Made by a program: the position numbers and the translations under genes. Shown one piece after another: positions 60,824 to 64,000 of a DNA stretch of 64,000 nt. Origin of the DNA: Anaerohalosphaeraceae bacterium (GTDB lineage Bacteria; Planctomycetota; Phycisphaerae; Sedimentisphaerales; Anaerohalosphaeraceae). The stretch spans positions 15,383 to 79,382 of the forward strand of contig JBNRMN010000090.1 of assembly GCA_050309605.1 (NCBI GenBank), read 5' to 3'. The notes below the pieces were generated by a model. That model did not search any database and was not told the origin of the DNA. It saw only the letters and a list, made by a program, of their open reading frames with translations. Positions within the stretch are counted from its first letter, which is position 1. Each line of letters opens with the position of its first letter.

Positions 60824-61456
60824 TTACGTGCTCTCCAGCGGGGGCACGGGGAAATCCTCTTGGCTGTTGGCGATGGCGCGGCCAAGCCACGCGATGGTTT
60901 GGCCGAGATGAGTCATATTGCGCATCGCTTCCTCGTCATTCTGTGCTTCGCCTTTGTTTAGGCCGAATCCCATATTCCAGTAAACAGACCCGGGCACAAT
61001 CATGGACGACATCAGGAACATATGGTTGATGGTGTCGAAAGCATGTGTCGCCCCGCCGCGCCGAACGGCCACGACGGCGGCTCCGATTTTGCCCTGAAGT
61101 AATCCGCCGTTGGCCAGTGCGACCAGGCCTGTCCGGTCCAGCAGGGCCTTCATCTCGGCGGTCGTGTCGGAAAAGTACGTCGGTGTTCCAAGGATGACGG
61201 CATCGGCGGCGAAAATGGCCTCCAGAAACTCGTTCATGGGGTCCTGTTCGATGACGCATCGCTTGTTCTTGCGATCGAAACACTGGTAACAGGCCGTACA
61301 GCCCCTGACCATACGGCCGCCGATCTGAAGCGTTTGACAGTTCCATCCGGCGGCCTTGAGCGGTTCAAGGACTTGATTGAGCAGGATGTCCGTGTTTCCG
61401 CCCTGTCGGGGGCTGCCGTTGATCGCAATCGCTGTCAAGGGGCTTTGTCTGGTCAT
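60824..61456 (-). CDS. iron-sulfur flavoprotein (flavodoxin family)
   Basis: INGSPR.GGNT, CTACYQC-x7-C, GTPTYF, RRGG. Confidence 0.92.
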   Translation of the reverse strand: MTRQSPLTAIAINGSPRQGGNTDILLNQVLEPLKAAGWNCQTLQIGGRMVRGCTACYQCFDRKNKRCVIEQDPMNEFLEAIFAADAVILGTPTYFSDTTAEMKALLDRTGLVALANGGLLQGKIGAAVVAVRRGGATHAFDTINHMFLMSSMIVPGSVYWNMGFGLNKGEAQNDEEAMRNMTHLGQTIAWLGRAIANSQEDFPVPPLEST

Positions 61457-61579
61457 GGCATCTCCAATCAAATTATCTAAAGCGGACGAATCGTTAACCG
61501 TTACTGAATCGCATTATAAACATCCGCGTTCAAAATGCCAGCATTCTTTTGCTGCAGCTGCTCGTGCCGATCGGACAAA

Positions 61580-61679
61580 CGGCACCCACAAGCTATCGCT
61601 TGAAGGTGCCACCCGTTTTTGATTGTCGATTGATTATTGGCTATTGATTATTAGTCAGCCTTAAAGAGGCCACCCGTCG
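61580..61679. repeat. 100-bp direct repeat copy 1 (REP hairpin + GATTATT-like spacer + 30-bp motif)
   Basis: Identical to 62775-62874 by direct comparison. Confidence 0.95.
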
Positions 61680-61683
61680 ATAT

Positions 61684-62067
61684 TTATTTTGCTATCTGTG
61701 TTACGACCCACATAATCACGATTCCAATACAAGCCGCAATATTCTGATACATTGACAGGGATAAAAGCGCAACAGGCCCCCAAGGATAGAAATTAGTATC
61801 GAATACGATGGGAACAGTCATGGTGATTCCACCAAGGGTCACAATCAGTGTTGTTGCCAAAAGAATAATTCTGCTTATCAAAAAATCCGGGACATGCTTG
61901 TTAGCGAACGCAAGAATGATATAAGGAGTAATATTCCAAACAAATAATGCAAACACCAAGTACCCATCCTTAGTGCTTCCCGTGGTACTAATGATATAGG
62001 CCCCGATGCCCTCGACAACAATCCCCAAAACAAGAAGATACAAAATTGCTCTGCAAATAGCTTTCAT
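61684..62067 (-). CDS. AT-rich four-TM hypothetical protein
   Basis: 127 aa with four hydrophobic segments; stop lies 4 nt from the 30-bp motif. Confidence 0.7.
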   Translation of the reverse strand: MKAICRAILYLLVLGIVVEGIGAYIISTTGSTKDGYLVFALFVWNITPYIILAFANKHVPDFLISRIILLATTLIVTLGGITMTVPIVFDTNFYPWGPVALLSLSMYQNIAACIGIVIMWVVTQIAK

Positions 62068-62116
62068 TCAAGGTTCCCGATAAGTATTTGTCTTCCAAAT
62101 TCGATTTGGGCTGATT

Positions 62117-62155
62117 CGGGTGGCACCTTCAAGCGATAGCTTGTGGGTGCCGGGC
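62117..62155 (+). repeat. REP element (inverted copy)
   Basis: CGGGTGGCACCTTCAAGCGATAGCTTGTGGGTGCCGGGC is the exact reverse complement of 62772-62810; internal hairpin GGCACC..CAAGC-GATA-GCTTG..GGTGCC. Confidence 0.92.
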
Positions 62156-62184
62156 GGTGGTGTGGCGTTCATTGTACGTCTCCC

Positions 62185-62757
62185 TTATCGTCTTGGAAAA
62201 TGGTTCAGACAAATGTCCAGCGGGCCGTCGCCCTGGCCGTGCATCTGCCGATAGCTGGAATAATACCACTGTTGCGGCCATTGCACAAGGCCCCGTTTGA
62301 CGGGGTTGGCGTGGATGTACCGGACGCAGCGGATGGCTGCCGAATGGGTAAAGATGTTGCGATCATAGCCGCCGCCGTCCTGCCAGAATCGCAGCGTTTG
62401 GTGTTTTTGTCCGGTTTTCAGACGTTCCAGCACGTCCGGACGGCGCTGCCGCAGCCGGTTGATCGCCCTGCGGCTGACGCTTTGCTTGATGCTTTTGAGA
62501 ATCGCCGAGATCGAATAGACCTCCTGTGTCGGATAAATCAGCAAATGCAGGTGTTCGGGCATGAACACATACGCCCATACGTCAAAGCGGTGTGTGTGCT
62601 GAGCCGCCCGGACAGCCTCGGCCAGATAGTCGCAAAACGTCGGATTCTTCAGCAGCGGCAGTCGGCGAAAACAGCTAAACGTTAATTCGTGCCCGTGGCC
62701 GGGTACATTGTACCGTTTGCATCGCTTTTCGAATCTGCCGGTGTCATTCAACTCCAT
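62185..62757 (-). mobile_element. rayT: REP-associated tyrosine transposase (RAYT/TnpA-REP, Y1 HUH)
   Basis: H.LTFSC..R, AYVFMPEHLHLL (HUH), FWQ...YDRNI, YIHANPVKRGLV..P..W.YSS; flanked by inverted REPs. Confidence 0.93.
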
Positions 62758-62774
62758 ACGCCCTGCTCACAGCC

Positions 62775-62874
62775 CGGCACCCACAAGCTATCGCTTGAAG
62801 GTGCCACCCGTTTTTGATTGTCGATTGATTATTGGCTATTGATTATTAGTCAGCCTTAAAGAGGCCACCCGTCG
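62775..62874. repeat. 100-bp direct repeat copy 2
   Basis: Identical to 61580-61679. Confidence 0.95.
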
Positions 62875-63066
62875 TTTCTGAAGTTTTTGCTTGCGTTTCT
62901 TCACGATTTTGGCTATCCTTGGCTTCACTCGAAATGACTCCTTTCGTTCCTTTTTTGAATTAAAGGGTTAAATCAATGAGTGCATTATACTGCACTGAAA
63001 GGGGCATTTCGAGTACTCTTGTGAATTTTCAAGTCATTTTTCTATTCTGGGTACGCTTGTTTAAGG
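62875..63066 (-). mobile_element. possible left-end remnant of an IS (IS1380-like)
   Basis: Begins CCTTAAACAAGCG; contains TATAAT, an AAGGAG RBS and GTG 62928 encoding MKPRIAKIVKKRKQKLQKR, which runs into the repeat. Family assignment is from recollection only. Confidence 0.45.
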
Positions 63067-63096
63067 ATTAGTCAGCCTTAAAGAGGCCACCCGTCG
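63067..63096. repeat. third copy of 30-bp motif
   Basis: ATTAGTCAGCCTTAAAGAGGCCACCCGTCG, identical to 61650-61679 and 62845-62874. Confidence 0.95.
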
Positions 63097-63130
63097 TTGT
63101 CCGGGCATTGAGAAAGAGATATAATAATAT

Positions 63131-63844
63131 TCAGTAATCTATCTCTGCAAGGTTTAGTTTGACTCGTGAGAGACAAGGATACTTCTTCATAAGTATAGAA
63201 AATTCTTCGCTATGTGAAAGCACTTGTATTGCTTCGGCCATTGCAATTTTTCTAAGTTCGTCCCTGTTTTTTTTGCGAGAAGAACTGTTGCATTTTTTAG
63301 GAATGCATTCAGGGTGTTCTACGGCGTCAATTTTAGCATCATCAATTGGCAAGGGATAAGTTAAAACAAGGTCATAAATAGAATCACCCTTCCTGCAATA
63401 ATTTTTATTTATTTCTCCAAAATAAGATGTGGGCTTGACACGTCGATATCTGTTACTTTTGTGTTCAAAAAGCGGAATCTTGGATTCGTATTGAACAAAG
63501 AAATATCTTTCGCGCTCATCTTTTCGCCGAAAGACCATAAATGTTCTTCCATCTAAAACCGAAATGGGCAATTTAATCAGAAAAGGACCGTAGTGATTTT
63601 TATGAGAAAAATCATTCAAACCACACCATACCCCAGGAACAGAGATTTTGCCATATTGAGGATGATTCAGCGACCATTCGCTTCTAAGCGATAATTGTTT
63701 TTCATCAATTATCTTTTTCAATTCTTTGAGATGGCATGCATGATAAAGAGAGACGCTTAACTTTGAGGACAGCGTCTTATCCCACGTAAAATATCCTCTG
63801 AAATCTTTAGTGTCAAATGCTCTTTTATAGTTAGGTTCGGTCAT
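63131..63844 (-). CDS. AT-rich hypothetical protein with ART-fold-like LYH...YGP motifs
   Basis: LYHACH..EL.KII....L, GVWCG, YGPFLIKL; AAGGTGAG RBS. Confidence 0.65.
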   Translation of the reverse strand: MTEPNYKRAFDTKDFRGYFTWDKTLSSKLSVSLYHACHLKELKKIIDEKQLSLRSEWSLNHPQYGKISVPGVWCGLNDFSHKNHYGPFLIKLPISVLDGRTFMVFRRKDERERYFFVQYESKIPLFEHKSNRYRRVKPTSYFGEINKNYCRKGDSIYDLVLTYPLPIDDAKIDAVEHPECIPKKCNSSSRKKNRDELRKIAMAEAIQVLSHSEEFSILMKKYPCLSRVKLNLAEIDY

Positions 63845-63874
63845 TTTGGCTCACCTTGTCGATATAATAATAAC

Positions 63875-64000
63875 GTAAGATTTTAGCCATTTGAAGCAGT
63901 GAACTCTTTCAATGCCGGCAGCTGGCCGGTTTTGAGATAGATTTTCAGCGCCTCTTTTACTGTATTCACGGGGTTTAATCCGCGTTGTTTGAGCGTAAAA
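63875..64000 (-). mobile_element. tnpC: IS66-family element, right end with transposase C-terminus
   Basis: Manual translation of 63999-63883 gives FTLKQRGLNPVNTVKEALKIYLKTGQLPALKEFTASNG*; the element ends in TTAC (GTAA at 63875), the IS66 terminal signature. Confidence 0.75.

Noticed and set aside
61580..63096. 30-bp motif x3 as a CRISPR array or integron attC sites
   Set aside because: Spacing is 1195 and 222 bp rather than 30-40 bp spacers. No cas or integron integrase gene is present, and there are no RYYYAAC/GTTRRRY ends.

Overview
Chromosomal window from a GC-rich bacterium. Gene content and style suggest an anaerobic Planctomycetota (Phycisphaerae-like) organism; this is inference. 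From left to right: (1) gcvH (partial) and gcvT; (2) a ~14.8 kb resistance block between convergent tRNA-Leu(GAG) and tRNA-Ser(TGA), holding a TetR-controlled RND pump and two ArsR-led ars/thiol-redox operons, including two Tat-signal flavoproteins; (3) a Nudix-MraY-like-O-antigen-ligase-mutY operon; (4) an Rrf2-hcp-ric nitrosative-stress operon; (5) dnaN-dciA-gyrB next to a likely oriC with no adjacent dnaA; (6) cdaA with a cdaR-like partner; (7) der flanked by a BsuBI/PstI-like R-M pair and an AT-rich three-gene module (TIGR04255-like + small acidic protein + ART-like protein); (8) an MscS/K+ antiporter cluster; (9) a right-end zone with a RAYT transposase, REP hairpins, a 100-bp direct repeat, a triplicated 30-bp motif bounding AT-rich cargo, and an IS66 end. 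The best candidates for undescribed systems are the TIGR04255-like/ART-like trio (possible toxin-antitoxin-chaperone defence system), the RAYT/REP cassette-like array, and an orphan structured RNA at about 46.5-46.6 kb. All family assignments come from motif recognition by eye; no searches were run.
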